Notes: generated from the letters alone by a model not told the origin. Counted from the first letter of the whole stretch, positions 11,660-24,405 are shown. The stretch: DNA of 63,863 nucleotides, filler included, from Octopus bimaculoides (GCF_001194135.2; 8 parts of 7 records of this genome joined end to end with filler, not necessarily neighbours in it); one strand, 5' to 3'. Numbers and translations are program-made.

Positions 11660-11810
11660 GCACGTGATTTGATCTTCTGTCCGTGTGTTGAAACTAAAAC
11701 AATTGCAGTGTGGAAGATGCATACTTCAATTCTTATTTGGTGACCAGGTTGTAGTTCGTGCGACGAAAATTTGACACTAAATAATAAATGTTTAAGTGAA
11801 GTTTATCGTC
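11660..11810. mobile_element. Unclassified repeat related to 62828-63025
   Basis: Shares GTG(A/C)..TGATCT...CGTGTG.TG.AAC.AAAACAATTGCAG.GTGGAAG.TG. Its second half is inverted relative to the 62.9-kb copy. Confidence 0.55.
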
Positions 11811-12239
11811 GTTGAGTGTTTTTAAATGTGTAATATGTGTCTTTTACGCATATTTTATCAGATTAAACTATGATTAGATAAAACAAAGTTTCCATTTGTG
11901 CAAATTCAATAAATATAGATTATTAACAACATTATTACTGCTTAACCATCAAACAATTAGATATGTACATAATGATTAATTCCATATAATGTAGGGTGGA
12001 ATTTTTAGTGTTGCCAAGTAACCAACAATAAATATTAGTTATAATAATTATTGGTTTCTAATTGGTAAATTGCTACCAATTTTGTGGGATGCAACAATTG
12101 ATTAGGTCCAAATTAGTACTCAACAGGTAATACATTCTTTTATCTATCCTACGTTATTGATCCTGCGTTGCGATCATTAGTGCGTCAGAAATAATGATTG
12201 CGATATGTATTTCAACTCTTGCCCAGATTATCATAGCAT

Positions 12240-12760
12240 ATCGGTTTCCCAGAATCGATAAATGAAGCACCAGTCGAGTGCTGGAATCGATTTAATTGAC
12301 TGTTCCTTTCCTTCTAAATTGTGGCCATTTTGTCATGTTAGAAACCATTATTTTCTCTACTTAAGGCAGTGAACTTGGAGAATCGTAACCACATTGGACG
12401 AAATGCTTAGTGATACAGCTTTTGGTTTTCAACGCGCTGAGGTCAAATTCTGCTGAGATCAACTTAGCGATTCGTCCTTCCGCGGTCGATAAAATAAGTA
12501 CCAGTGAGGTACTGGAGTCGATGTAATCGATTAGCTCCGCCCTATAAATCTCCTGGCTTTGTGCCAAAATATGTAATTATTTGAAGCGGTAAGAATCGTT
12601 AGCGTGGCGGGAAAATGATTAGTGGCATTTTTGCAGGCTCTTTAAATTCTGGTTCAAATTCCGCCGAGGTCAACTTTAGCTTTTATCCTTTCAAGTACTG
12701 GGCTCCATGTATTCGAATTACCCCACCCCTCAAAATCGCTGAACATGTGACAAAATTAAC
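12240..12760 (+). mobile_element. Three degenerate tandem SINE family B copies ending ~40 nt before the BarH last-exon acceptor
   Basis: Family B motifs at ~12240-12345, 12362-12580 and 12585-12760. Confidence 0.7.
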
Positions 12761-12799
12761 ACTACTTGACTTACATGGCTTTTGTTTTTCCTTTTACAG

Positions 12800-13088
12800 A
12801 ACTAAATGGAAACGGCAGACAGCCGTTGGATTAGAATTGCTCGCAGAGGCTGGTAATTATGCAGCAGTTCAGAGGATGATCCAAGCTAACCCTTACTGGT
12901 CAATTCATTATCCGCAGGCTGCTAGCATCATCTCTAATCTGGATGCTTTATACCTGAGATACAGCGGAACAAACAGCATCCAAGGTCAACGACCCATGCT
13001 GCCTCGCACTTTAATGACGACAGGCGGTCTACAAACAAATTACGGGCATTTTCCATCACCTCAGGTTTTCTCTGATCACCGGAGTTAA
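12800..13088 (+). CDS. BarH: BarH-like homeobox gene, last coding exon (R-TKWKRQTAVGLELLAEAGNYAAVQRM...SDHRS*)
   Basis: TTTTCCTTTTACAG acceptor ending 12799. The first base A completes CG|A (Arg) in phase with the upstream exon. TKWKRQTAVGLELLAEAGNY is the conserved BarH post-homeodomain motif. TAA stop at 13086-13088. Confidence 0.96.
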
Positions 13089-13210
13089 ATTAAGTTAATG
13101 AGAAAAAGAAAAGACAAAAAACGAAAAGAAGAAACACAAAAAGACAGACAGCATATTGACGGACTAATTAATAAGCAAAGAGACGGAATGATGGCGAACA
13201 TAGCGAAAAA

Positions 13211-13250
13211 CACTGAAAATCACTGAAAATCACTGAAAGACACTGAAAGA
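13211..13250 (+). repeat. Four tandem 10-bp units CACTGAAAAT/CACTGAAAGA in the BarH 3' UTR
   Basis: Seen directly in the sequence. Confidence 0.9.
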
Positions 13251-13264
13251 TTTTTTTTTTTCCA

Positions 13265-13270
13265 AATAAA
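13265..13270 (+). terminator. Candidate polyadenylation signal of the BarH-like 3' UTR (alternative AATAAA at 13555-13560)
   Basis: First AATAAA ~180 nt after the stop codon. The sequence is AT-rich, so specificity is low. Confidence 0.3.
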
Positions 13271-14520
13271 AATCTTTGTAAAGCTTATTACTTAATCGTC
13301 TCGATTCCGGTTTCAATTCTACATAAAGATGCGAACGTCAAAGAAAAAAAAAATTATATATAATATAAATACGAAATCAAAAAACTGAGAAATCAAACTA
13401 AAATGCCTCAGACTTTCTCTATAATCAGATTCAAACTATATTCGTATGAAATGGCATGCGTAAATACAAACGATAACATTAAAGACCAAAATAGTAGACA
13501 AAGAGCAAAGGACAAAAAAAGAAATGGAAACTGTATGTTTTGAATCAGTAAATCAATAAAAGAACGGCAAGAGAGAAAACGATGATGCATCATCAAGAAT
13601 TTATAATAATGACTTGGTAACCAAACTTGGACATTTCCTACACGTGCACTAAAAGATATTTGTGCATGTGTGCATGCATGCATGCAAACCCATACATGCA
13701 TGCATGCTTGCAATCGTATATGTATATAGCATATTATAGCAAACATGCCTACATAGATACATACCTGTATATATACATACACACACACACCAATATATAN
13801 NNNNNNNNNNNNNNNNNNNNNNNNNNNNNNNNNNNNNNNNNNNNNNNNNNNNNNNNNNNNNNNNNNNNNNNNNNNNNNNNNNNNNNNNNNNNNNNNNNNN
13901 NNNNNNNNNNNNNNNNNNNNNNNNNNNNNNNNNNNNNNNNNNNNNNNNNNNNNNNNNNNNNNNNNNNNNNNNNNNNNNNNNNNNNNNNNNNNNNNNNNNN
14001 NNNNNNNNNNNNNNNNNNNNNNNNNNNNNNNNNNNNNNNNNNNNNNNNNNNNNNNNNNNNNNNNNNNNNNNNNNNNNNNNNNNNNNNNNNNNNNNNNNNN
14101 NNNNNNNNNNNNNNNNNNNNNNNNNNNNNNNNNNNNNNNNNNNNNNNNNNNNNNNNNNNNNNNNNNNNNNNNNNNNNNNNNNNNNNNNNNNNNNNNNNNN
14201 NNNNNNNNNNNNNNNNNNNNNNNNNNNNNNNNNNNNNNNNNNNNNNNNNNNNNNNNNNNNNNNNNNNNNNNNNNNNNNNNNNNNNNNNNNNNNNNNNNNN
14301 NNNNNNNNNNNNNNNNNNNNNNNNNNNNNNNNNNNNNNNNNNNNNNNNNNNNNNNNNNNNNNNNNNNNNNNNNNNNNNNNNNNNNNNNNNNNNNNNNNNN
14401 NNNNNNNNNNNNNNNNNNNNNNNNNNNNNNNNNNNNNNNNNNNNNNNNNNNNNNNNNNNNNNNNNNNNNNNNNNNNNNNNNNNNNNNNNNNNNNNNNNNN
14501 NNNNNNNNNNNNNNNNNNNN

Positions 14521-14556
<36 letters not shown>

Positions 14557-14757
14557 ACACACACACACACACACACACGCACGCACGCACGCACGCACGC
14601 ACACACGTATGCATTTACATCTTAATAGCAATAATGATTATTTGGGTTCTTTATGTATGATATACATACATATGTATGCATATCAATATCAGTATCTATC
14701 TATTTATCTATCTAGCTGTATATATATACACCTATATGTACATGTATATATATATAA

Positions 14758-14802
<45 letters not shown>

Positions 14803-15239
14803 TTCCTCTCTGCCATGAGGCAAATTGAGGTGTGATGGAGTGAGCGTTAGTATACCTGTACGTATGAGCCAAGATGGCTACTTCTTTGCTATCCATGGAT
14901 GTCTGATTCTTTCTCTCTTTCTCTCTTTTCCTCTGTCTCACTCTCTCACTCACTCTCTCTCTCTCTCTCTCCCCTTGTCTGTGTAAATGCGTATGGATTT
15001 TAATTCAAAAGTCTCTTTCGGTGCATCATGTTGGTTGCATAAGGTCTGCTTTATTTATTCATTTATTTATTTATTTATTTATTCATTTATATATGTATTT
15101 ATTTATTTCTATTTATCATCATCATTATTATTATCATTATTATTATTATTATTATTATTACTATTATTATTATCATAATCATAATAATAATAATAATAAT
15201 AATAATGATTCAGATACAAGGTCAATAATTTTAAGAGAG

Positions 15240-15420
15240 GGCCGTTAGTCAAATTTATTGATTCCGATATTGAGTACAACTGTACTTCATCGATACTCTG
15301 GAGGATGAAATGCAAGCTTGTACTCGGCGGGATTTGAGCTCAGAACACAAAGAGATGGAACAAATAACAGAATTTAAATTTTTTTCCGACGCTTTAACCG
15401 CTCTGCCAATTCACTGCCCA
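15240..15420 (-). mobile_element. Degenerate SINE family B
   Basis: Reverse-complement match to the B-box and core (GGATGAAATGCAAG...CTCGGCGGGATTTGAGCTCAGAAC). Confidence 0.6.
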
Positions 15421-15697
15421 AATAATAACAGCAACAACAATAATAATAATAATTTCTTTTATAATTATTACAATAAGAACATTGCAGAAAATGCACATAA
15501 TAAACAATAGTAAAATAATTAGGAGCTACTAAATCGCTTTATTTGTAAATATATGATAAAAATAATTTGATTTTTATAAAATTACAAAAAAAAAAATTAA
15601 ATAAAAGCAAAGAAAATATACAAACAAAACAACAAACAAACCAAATAAGCAAATATCTAAAACGGAAAAACAAAAAAATACTTCATAACAAATAATG

Positions 15698-15739
<42 letters not shown>

Positions 15740-15751
15740 TTAATAATAATG

Positions 15752-15782
<31 letters not shown>

Positions 15783-15818
15783 CAACACCACAACAACAAT
15801 GGTAACAATAATAATAAA

Positions 15819-15851
<33 letters not shown>

Positions 15852-15917
15852 GTGAAGTAAATGAAGCATAAGAAAATAAATGAGATGATTGATGAAGAAC
15901 ATGATGAGAATAGAGAC

Positions 15918-15989
<72 letters not shown>

Positions 15990-16717
15990 TCAGACTGAAA
16001 AATGGTGGCAATGATCGTTATAGCAATGATGTTGTTATTTAGCATTAATCGTCATAATAAAGTATGAGATCGATTTCTGTATTAGCCAGGAGGGCAAGAA
16101 ATAAAACTTTATAGAAGATATTTAAATACACTGGTGAACACAAACACATTTATGGATGGACATAAAAATCATCAATTCCAAAGAGACATAAAGTACAGCA
16201 ACAACCAGAACAACAACAACAACAGCAATAATAGCGAAGATGACGATAAAGAGATGACAAAAAACAACGGTGAAATCGTTTTAAATATTTAACAAACGAT
16301 TGCAAATCGAATGTTAATTTTCGATTCAATTAACTAAGAGACGAAGCAAACCATTCGGAACTAGGTTCATTGTAATTGAGCCGGAAGTAGGCCCTCAGAC
16401 GAGACAGATGAAATAGAGAGAACGAGAGAGAGAGGGAGAGACTGAGACTGAGGCTGAGAGAGAGAGACAGAGAGGGAGGGAGAGAGAGAGAAACATACTG
16501 TATGACTGAGGAAGAGGTGGTGGAGACTATGATTAGCAATAAAGAAAGGAATTAAATGCATCGCAAGCACACATATATACATTTGTACATATACATACGT
16601 ACATACACAAACACAAGCAGAGACAGACACACACACACGTATATACATATACGTATTCTTTTACCTTCACATATATATTAACATATATATATGTATATAT
16701 ATTAATATATATGTATG

Positions 16718-16753
<36 letters not shown>

Positions 16754-18479
16754 NNNNNNNNNNNNNNNNNNNNNNNNNNNNNNNNNNNNNNNNNNNNNNN
16801 NNNNNNNNNNNNNNNNNNNNNNNNNNNNNNNNNNNNNNNNNNNNNNNNNNNNNNNNNNNNNNNNNNNNNNNNNNNNNNNNNNNNNNNNNNNNNNNNNNNN
16901 NNNNNNNNNNNNNNNNNNNNNNNNNNNNNNNNNNNNNNNNNNNNNNNNNNNNNNNNNNNNNNNNNNNNNNNNNNNNNNNNNNNNNNNNNNNNNNNNNNNN
17001 NNNNNNNNNNNNNNNNNNNNNNNNNNNNNNNNNNNNNNNNNNNNNNNNNNNNNNNNNNNNNNNNNNNNNNNNNNNNNNNNNNNNNNNNNNNNNNNNNNNN
17101 NNNNNNNNNNNNNNNNNNNNNNNNNNNNNNNNNNNNNNNNNNNNNNNNNNNNNNNNNNNNNNNNNNNNNNNNNNNNNNNNNNNNNNNNNNNNNNNNNNNN
17201 NNNNNNNNNNNNNNNGTTACGGAGAGTTACAATCTTATGTGCGATAGCAAAGAGTTAAGAAAAAATGAAGATGAAAGACTGTTCGATTCTAGTCCACAGC
17301 CTCTACTGGTCAGTCAGAGATCAGGTGGTAAGATTCAGACGGGTTTTGAATCAGTTGAATGCCACGGGCTTGTGTTAATACAATATTTGCCCTACTTTGG
17401 AAAAATCACCTTTGTCAATCATTACACTTCAGACCTTCCGTAATACTAAGTGAGACTCACAGAGACCTTTCAGCTAGAATATCAAAAACACTTTGCGAAT
17501 GTGCGTCATGTACAGGCATAACGAATTGAATATGTCTGTATATATGTGTGTTTGTATACATGGGTGTATATATAAGTATGAATGGGTATATGTATATACA
17601 AAATATATATGTATAGGTGAATAGCGAGCGTTGAATTGTAATGGTTTTGTATCTTTCATAACTTATATTTTACTTTTCGTCTTCTAACTAAAAGCCTTTT
17701 TAAGTCATGTGTTTACTGGTGTATTTGTATACACACGCATGCACACACAGATGATTGTATATATGTATGTATATATACATACATACATACATATATATAT
17801 ATATACATATATGTTACATACAAACATATATACATGCATACCCATGATATGATACTCGGAAGACCAATGGAGATACGTGAGAGGCCAGGATCGAAATCCA
17901 TTGCGCTGCTCCAACACAAACACACACATATATACACGTCTACACGTACACGCATACCCACATGTATATATTTACACACAGATGCACGCACATACTTACA
18001 CACGCAAATTTCCACCCCTCCCACCACACACAGGTACTTGTATGTATGTAGGTATGTGTGTATGCATCTTTTCCACTTAATTATTTATATATGTATAATA
18101 CAATGTCCCGACGTATGAAGAAAGTTTATAAATAATACAACAATATTTCTCAGAGTAACTCTATTTCTAAGCCAAAGTAAAAAAAAAAAATCTCAAATAT
18201 AAAATGAATTCGTAGATAATCGAAATTTTACACTACTACAATCTACTGTTGTTCTGTTATATTTTTAAACTTCCAGTGCTTACGTTGACATCTCACNNNN
18301 NNNNNNNNNNNNNNNNNNNNNNNNNNNNNNNNNNNNNNNNTTAATTAATTAANNNNNNNNNNNNNNNNNNNNNNNNNNNNNNNNNNNNNNNNNNNNATTG
18401 TTTTGACACATCTAGCATCGACTCCTCTTGTGGGACACAAAAACTAGTTCAGGATTATCCGGTGGTGCAGACGTATCAT

Positions 18480-18590
18480 TACCTATGGTTCCAGGTTCAG
18501 TCCTACTGCGTGGCACCTTGGGCAAGTGTCTTCTACCATATCCTCGAGTTGACTAAAGTCTTGTGGGTGGAAACTGAAAGAAGCCCGTCG
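18480..18590 (+). mobile_element. SINE family C, 5' half, running into (CA)n and a gap
   Basis: GGTTCAGTCCTACTGCGTGGCACCTTGGGCAAGTGTCTT...GAAACTGAAAGAAGCCCGTCG. Confidence 0.85.
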
Positions 18591-18595
18591 TATAC

Positions 18596-18648
<53 letters not shown>

Positions 18649-19263
18649 NNNNNNNNNNNNNNNNNNNNNNNNNNNNNNNNNNNNNNNNNNNNNNNNNNNN
18701 NNNNNNNNNNNNNNNNNNNNNNNNNNNNNNNNNNNNNNNNNNNNNNNNNNNNNNNNNNNNNNNNNNNNNNNNNNNNNNNNNNNNNNNNNNNNNNNNNNNN
18801 NNNNNNNNNNNNNNNNNNNNNNNNNNNNNNNNNNNNNNNNNNNNNNNNNNNNNNNNNNNNNNNNNNNNNNNNNNNNNNNNNNNNNNNNNNNNNNNNNNNN
18901 NNNNNNNNNNNNNTATATGTAGTGTCGAAAGTTTCTGTAGTAAGAAAGGTAAACGTTTAAGGAGAGCGCTATTTTTAGGCAACATGGCTGAATGTAATTG
19001 ATACAGTCTATCGGCGCTACTAGGGGTGCTGGGCATGACCTGCAGGCCCTGCCCTAGTGGTTGATGGCTGAGATGGGGGAGCATACCTTAGGTCTCGAAA
19101 TCTAGATTTATTGACAGTTATTTAATGCCTACGTTTCTTATGGGTCTCTCATCTGCCCCAACAGATGGCGATGTTAAGCCGAGATCACGTGATTCAAAGG
19201 ACAGAATTGATCAGATGACTTATTGATGGTGTGTAGCTATTACGCGATTGATGGGCTTCTCTT

Positions 19264-19500
19264 ATTTCTTATTTCTTTACTGCCCACAAGAGGCTACACA
19301 CAGAGGAGACAAACAAGGACAGACAAACGGATTAAGTCGATTATGTCGACCCCAGTGCGTAAATGGTACTTATTTAATCGACCCCGAAAGGATGAAAGGC
19401 AAAGTCGACCTCGGCAGAATTTGAATTCAGAACGTAGCAGCAGACGAAATACCGTTAAGCATTTCACCCGGCGTGCTAACGTTTCTGCCAGCTCACCACC
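19264..19500 (-). mobile_element. SINE family B variant with an alternative 3' tail and 16-bp TSD
   Basis: Near-consensus B head and core. TSD TTGATGGGCTTCTCTT at 19248-19263 and 19501-19516. Confidence 0.92.
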
Positions 19501-19689
19501 TTGATGGGCTTCTCTTGTTGACCTATGTTTGTTTGCATATGCTGTCTTTGTATATGCATGTTCGTCAGGCTGTTATCATTCTTAGATTATGTTTATAGAC
19601 TTATGTGTATGTGTGTATGTCCGTGCGCGTGCGCATGTGTATGTAGAATTAATTTACGTAGATGATTAAGGTGAGCATATATTTATTGG

Positions 19690-20720
19690 TGTTGAAGTTG
19701 TGTGGTTATTCCATCATATTTTCCTGTAGGTAGGCGGGAGATGAAAATCTCACTCTTATTGTTCAATTTTATATTATTGGATTTTAATCCATGAGATATC
19801 CGGAACTTCTCAGTAAGGCAAAGAGAACATCTCTTGATTCCTCTACCCAGAATTTCCCATTTGACGGTATATGGTATTATTTTCCTTGTAGTTTCCAGAC
19901 TCCAGACTAGTTGCGTGATTTCTATTGTTGTCCTCTTTCCCGGATGTTTGAAGAACCCAATATGTGAATAGTACTGTTCTTTAAAACGATTTTGTACCAT
20001 ACCCACATATTATTCTCCGTTCTCCGTTTGGCTGGTTCGAACTGGTGCAATGGTGGCTTCATATACTATACACTTCACTTTACATTCTCGTTGTAGCGGG
20101 TAGTTATCATTTATTATGCAGGAACATCCTTGGTTTTATTCGGATTTGATTTTTTGGGTGATTTTTGGCCTCATGGAAGGTCTGCAAAAATAGCTGATTT
20201 TCTCCGAATGCCTATTGATCATCTTATACTTGCATTTGTTTTTGTCTCCCAATTCAAGGTTAGATATATACTTAATCTTATCTTTGGGTTCGCTGTCTTT
20301 AAGTACTTCATTATAGTAAGGAGCTGCTTTATGAAATATCTATGTTGAGGAAGATAAGCTGGAGATCCTGCAGCTAATATTGAGGACTAGTTTTTTAAAT
20401 ACTACGGGTGGCATGACTCTCTGTTAATATATCTTAGCCTTTCATTGAGTTTATGGCAGAGTTTATAAGCATCTGTGGTTAAATCTAGGTTAACATCTGG
20501 GAAATTAGCATTAGTGAGCTTAGTATCTACTGTTATTTATAGTCCTAAGTTGCTAAGGGTCTCAGTTAGGTCTTTACAAAATTTATCCATGGAATGGGCG
20601 TTGCATTTATGCGAGATGATTAAAGTATCGTCGCGGTAGAGATCAATGGTACGGTTGTGGAATTTTTTCTTAAGTGTTTAAAGGATGAATAATCCAATGA
20701 ACTTGCACACATTGAGACTC
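19690..20720 (-). mobile_element. Decayed Penelope-like retroelement (Neptune-type): RT C-terminus plus GIY-YIG endonuclease
   Basis: Broken frames read VCKFIGLFIL...LYRDD...ITVDTKLTNANFPDVNLDL...YINRESCHP, then CPLQRECKVKCIVYEATI, YVGMVQNRFKEQYYSH and KRCSLCLTEKFRI...LNNKSE. Several stops and frameshifts. Confidence 0.85.
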
Positions 20721-21199
20721 TTTTTAAAACATTGCCTAGCATATTTGCTCCCGCTGTCTGTGATTTAGTTCAAGTCCTGTCGTAGTCAAATTTGCTTTTT
20801 ATCTTTTCGTAGTCTGTAAAGGTTCTTTCTTTCTTTCTTTCCTTCTTTCTTTCTTTCTTTCTTCGGCTATAATCAGACTTGGAGCCGGATGAGCTTATCT
20901 GAGTATAAAATGCCTAAGACAGGCTGTATATCAGGATGGTTCCCCTACGACTCCATCAGAAGTTGATGGATCCCTGAAGGAAGAAACTATCCTATTTAAC
21001 ATACTTTTCAAATGAATCAGAGAATGCAATGCAGTGACCTTCAACGTTGCATCACATTCTTCCGCATGACGAAATAACACAACATCTATTAAATCGAGCG
21101 TATATTTTGAAGTTGTGTGCAGTACAATAAAACTAGCTTGTCTAACATGTGGTGCACAGAGATGGTTGAAGGATTAAAAACTTTACTTATTAACTCAGT

Positions 21200-21303
21200 G
21201 GTTTAAGGTTTGATACCTTATGCAAGTGTTTTCTACTGTAGCTGCATCGACTAATGATCTATGAATGACACTTAGTGGACGAAAACTGTACAGAAGCCAG
21301 TCG
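21200..21303 (+). mobile_element. Degenerate SINE family C 5' fragment
   Basis: GCAAGTGTTTTCTACTGTAGC...GACGAAAACTGTACAGAAGCCAGTCG. Confidence 0.55.
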
Positions 21304-22794
21304 AAATGGACAGTTCTGTTCTAGGGTGGTAGACTTAATCCGTTTCTCACCTTAACACCACCAGTCGGTTCTTGGATTCTTTTTGCGGAACTCACTCTCT
21401 TCACAAGGATTCTGATCTGTGTGCAATTTGAAGATGGCTTCCTCATTTTCAATATCATAAGAGATTACTATGGGCGCAATCTTTCCTCCTCTAAGTTATA
21501 TATAAATAAAAGAAATTATATCATCATTTTATTAAAGAACATTGAAAAAAGTATCGTAAGCGAAAATAAGGAAGCAATTAAGTTTTCAAAAGTGGTGTTT
21601 TTACCGTTTCTTTAATTAACGTAACATATAAGAACAACGAGCTCGATTGCCATTATGTATCAACACAACTAACTGCTGGGACCAATTGTACTATTTATAA
21701 TACACGAAATCTGGCTTAGAACAAAAATTATTTCTTGGTTCCTGTCTTTTCTATCTATTTTGCTCAACCCACGGCAATGTTAGGTTTGTTTATTTTGATT
21801 TCTCACAGAAAAAAGAAGAAGGAAGGAAATGAGAAAAAATGCGTCCTTTTGAAGTAAAACGAGAACAAAAAAAGAATAGAAATTATATTATCGAAAGAAA
21901 ACTGATTTAGAGGAAAAGTTTCAGCGAAAATATAAAAGAAAAATAGAAGAGAAAGACGGAGGAGAAAATATATATAAGGAAAATATAAATGAAAAATATA
22001 AGATACAAATTTTAAAGAAAATAGGACAGTAAGAAAATAGAAACAGAAAATGCCAACAGACGAAACATTAAGAAGAAAAAAAATATATATAAAAGAAGAA
22101 ACTTTTAAGAAATACAGAAGAATATTTAAAAAGAGAAATGTCACGGATAAAAACTATACAAAAAATAAACGAGTAAAAAGAAGCATAACATGAAAAACAG
22201 TAATAAAAAGTGAAAGCTGAAGAAGTATCGGGGCATTAAACTAAAGTTATATATCTTTTCTTTTTACAGTAATGGATTGTCAACATTTGTTGTAGTTACT
22301 GCAACCATTACTAGTGTTGTTTAATCGTATGCGAGGGTGTGCAGTCATACAAAACTGCTGATACTAGTCTTGCTGCTTATCTCATCCTGCCTCTGTCACT
22401 GCCACTGCCGCAACTAGGTGGTAACGTCTAGACCAATTTCTCTATATTTAGTACTGCTTCCGATTTAATATTATATTCATTCAAAATTCTTAGGTAGTGA
22501 TAGTGATATGGCTTTAATGATATTAATGTTGCTTTTCAATTATTGCAGGTTTGTGTTTAGAGAGAAAACAAAGGCACATAGAAGCTCCTTCCCTCCACTA
22601 CTTTCTTGCGTAGCAAGCTCTAATACAGTAACCTAGATTGGTCGTGTATTCAAATGTATTTTATTAAATCACCATTAATTATTTTCGTTATTTATGGATG
22701 ATTTGAAATTATATGTGGGAGGTAACTGACATCTTATTACAACATCCCACAAGCTCAACTGAAGTATGCAAATATTTTATTGTTTATTTTATTT

Positions 22795-23200
22795 AAGGCG
22801 GCGACCTGGCAGAATCGTGGGTAGGCCGGGCAAAATGCTTAACGGTGTTTAGTCCGTCTTTACATTCGAAGTTCAAATTCCTCCAAAGTCGATTTTGCCT
22901 TTCATTCTTTTCAAAGTCGATGAAATAAGTACCAGTTACATACTGGAATCAATGTAATTGACTCACTCGTTCCCTTCACAGTTTCATGCCTTGTGCCTAT
23001 AGTAGAAAGAATTATCTGATTAATCCGCATTAGTGCGTCCGACAAAATGCTTAACGGCATTCAGATTCCGTCACGATCAATTTTGCCTTTCATCCTTCCG
23101 GAGTCCATTAAATAAGTACCAGTTGGGCACTTGGGTCGATGTAATAAAAGTAACCCTTCTTTTAAAAATTGCCGGAATCCTGCCAAAATTTGAAACCGTT
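22795..23200 (+). mobile_element. Two tandem SINE family B copies
   Basis: Family B motifs at 22795-23012 and 23025-23200. Confidence 0.8.
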
Positions 23201-24405
23201 ATTCAGTTAATCCAAGAGAAGAGGCGGGAAAGATAGAATAGAACATCAAGACATGAGAAGATTGTTAGATTAGCATAATTGATATTCACTTTAAGGTTAG
23301 TGGCTGGAAGGAAAATGATGACTAGATTTCTGGAGAGAAAGACCGACTGAGAAGCAGAGATTGAGTCAATAGTTTTGTAAATTGGTCTTGGAGATTTATT
23401 TAGTGTGGGCGACACATAAACGAAATTGAAGGCATTGCATTGACTAAAGTAAGAAAAAGATACAATATTTGAAATTGAGAAGAATCGGAGATAACAGATA
23501 TGAAATCACCGGCTTTCTACAAAAACTTGGCTCCAGGAACATATCACAGAAATGTATTCTTTGGCTTTCCACTACATAGCTGAAATTGTCGTCTTATTAC
23601 TGTAGGCTGCCAGATCGAAGATTCTTCTGATGTAAAAGTTTTACAGAAGTTTCTTTGAAGGTCACTTCAGGAATTGTTGATGTTTGTGTATTTGATATTT
23701 TTATTGTTATCTCTGTATACACTTTTGACAATAGTGTTCACGTCAGTTACCTCCCTTTGATCTCGCTTGTTTATGGAGAAAAGTTAGAATTTGATGAAAC
23801 TTTTTGACATAATCTCGTAATGTCTGCAAGTGTTGTCTCTGTTTCATCAGCCTACACTGTCACTCTACAGATAACTTGATGCCATCACTAAAATATCGTA
23901 CATTGAGCATAATCTGAAATACGTTACTAGTAGCAAGAGGTATATTTTAACGAAAAATCATTTGATCATCCGCAGAAATTTAAATACATCTGGGATAGAA
24001 TTTTGTTCTATGAAACTGACAGCTGGCTCATCTAGAAGATCTTTTAGGGAAATAAGCCTCACATTTTGAGAAGAATGTGATCTATGAAGCTGTTCATTAC
24101 CTCTTCTCATGTACCCCAGTGTTAACTTTTCAGGGATTTGAAATAATTTAATGGAAGTGGCTCCAATGTATTACTGATACCTAGTCTGTCAAACACTGCG
24201 GGACCCGCGGATGACATAGCCGTACCGTGAATACATGTACATTGTTGTCAGAGGACTTTACATAAATCTATGAATAATGATTATTAAAACAATATGAATA
24301 AGGATTTCTGGTCCAATTATTGATAGAAGGCGAGGGATAGGCGATTGAATATGACCAGACAGTACATGACTATACTACATTACAATATGATATGACATGA
24401 TACAC

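Noticed and set aside
12615-12799. N-terminal 61 aa of ORF 12615-13088
   Set aside because: SINE-derived intron upstream of the true acceptor.
13211-13250. CRISPR-like reading of short direct repeats (also 45391-45450)
   Set aside because: No spacers, no cas genes, eukaryotic context.
13408-14631. Long ORFs spanning N gaps and microsatellites (this and many others in the ORF track)
   Set aside because: Artefacts of X runs and (CA)n/(TA)n/(TATG)n repeats that lack stop codons.
23480-24200. Possible very old LINE RT remnant
   Set aside because: Only a faint FKYI-like word; no chain of motifs can be supported.
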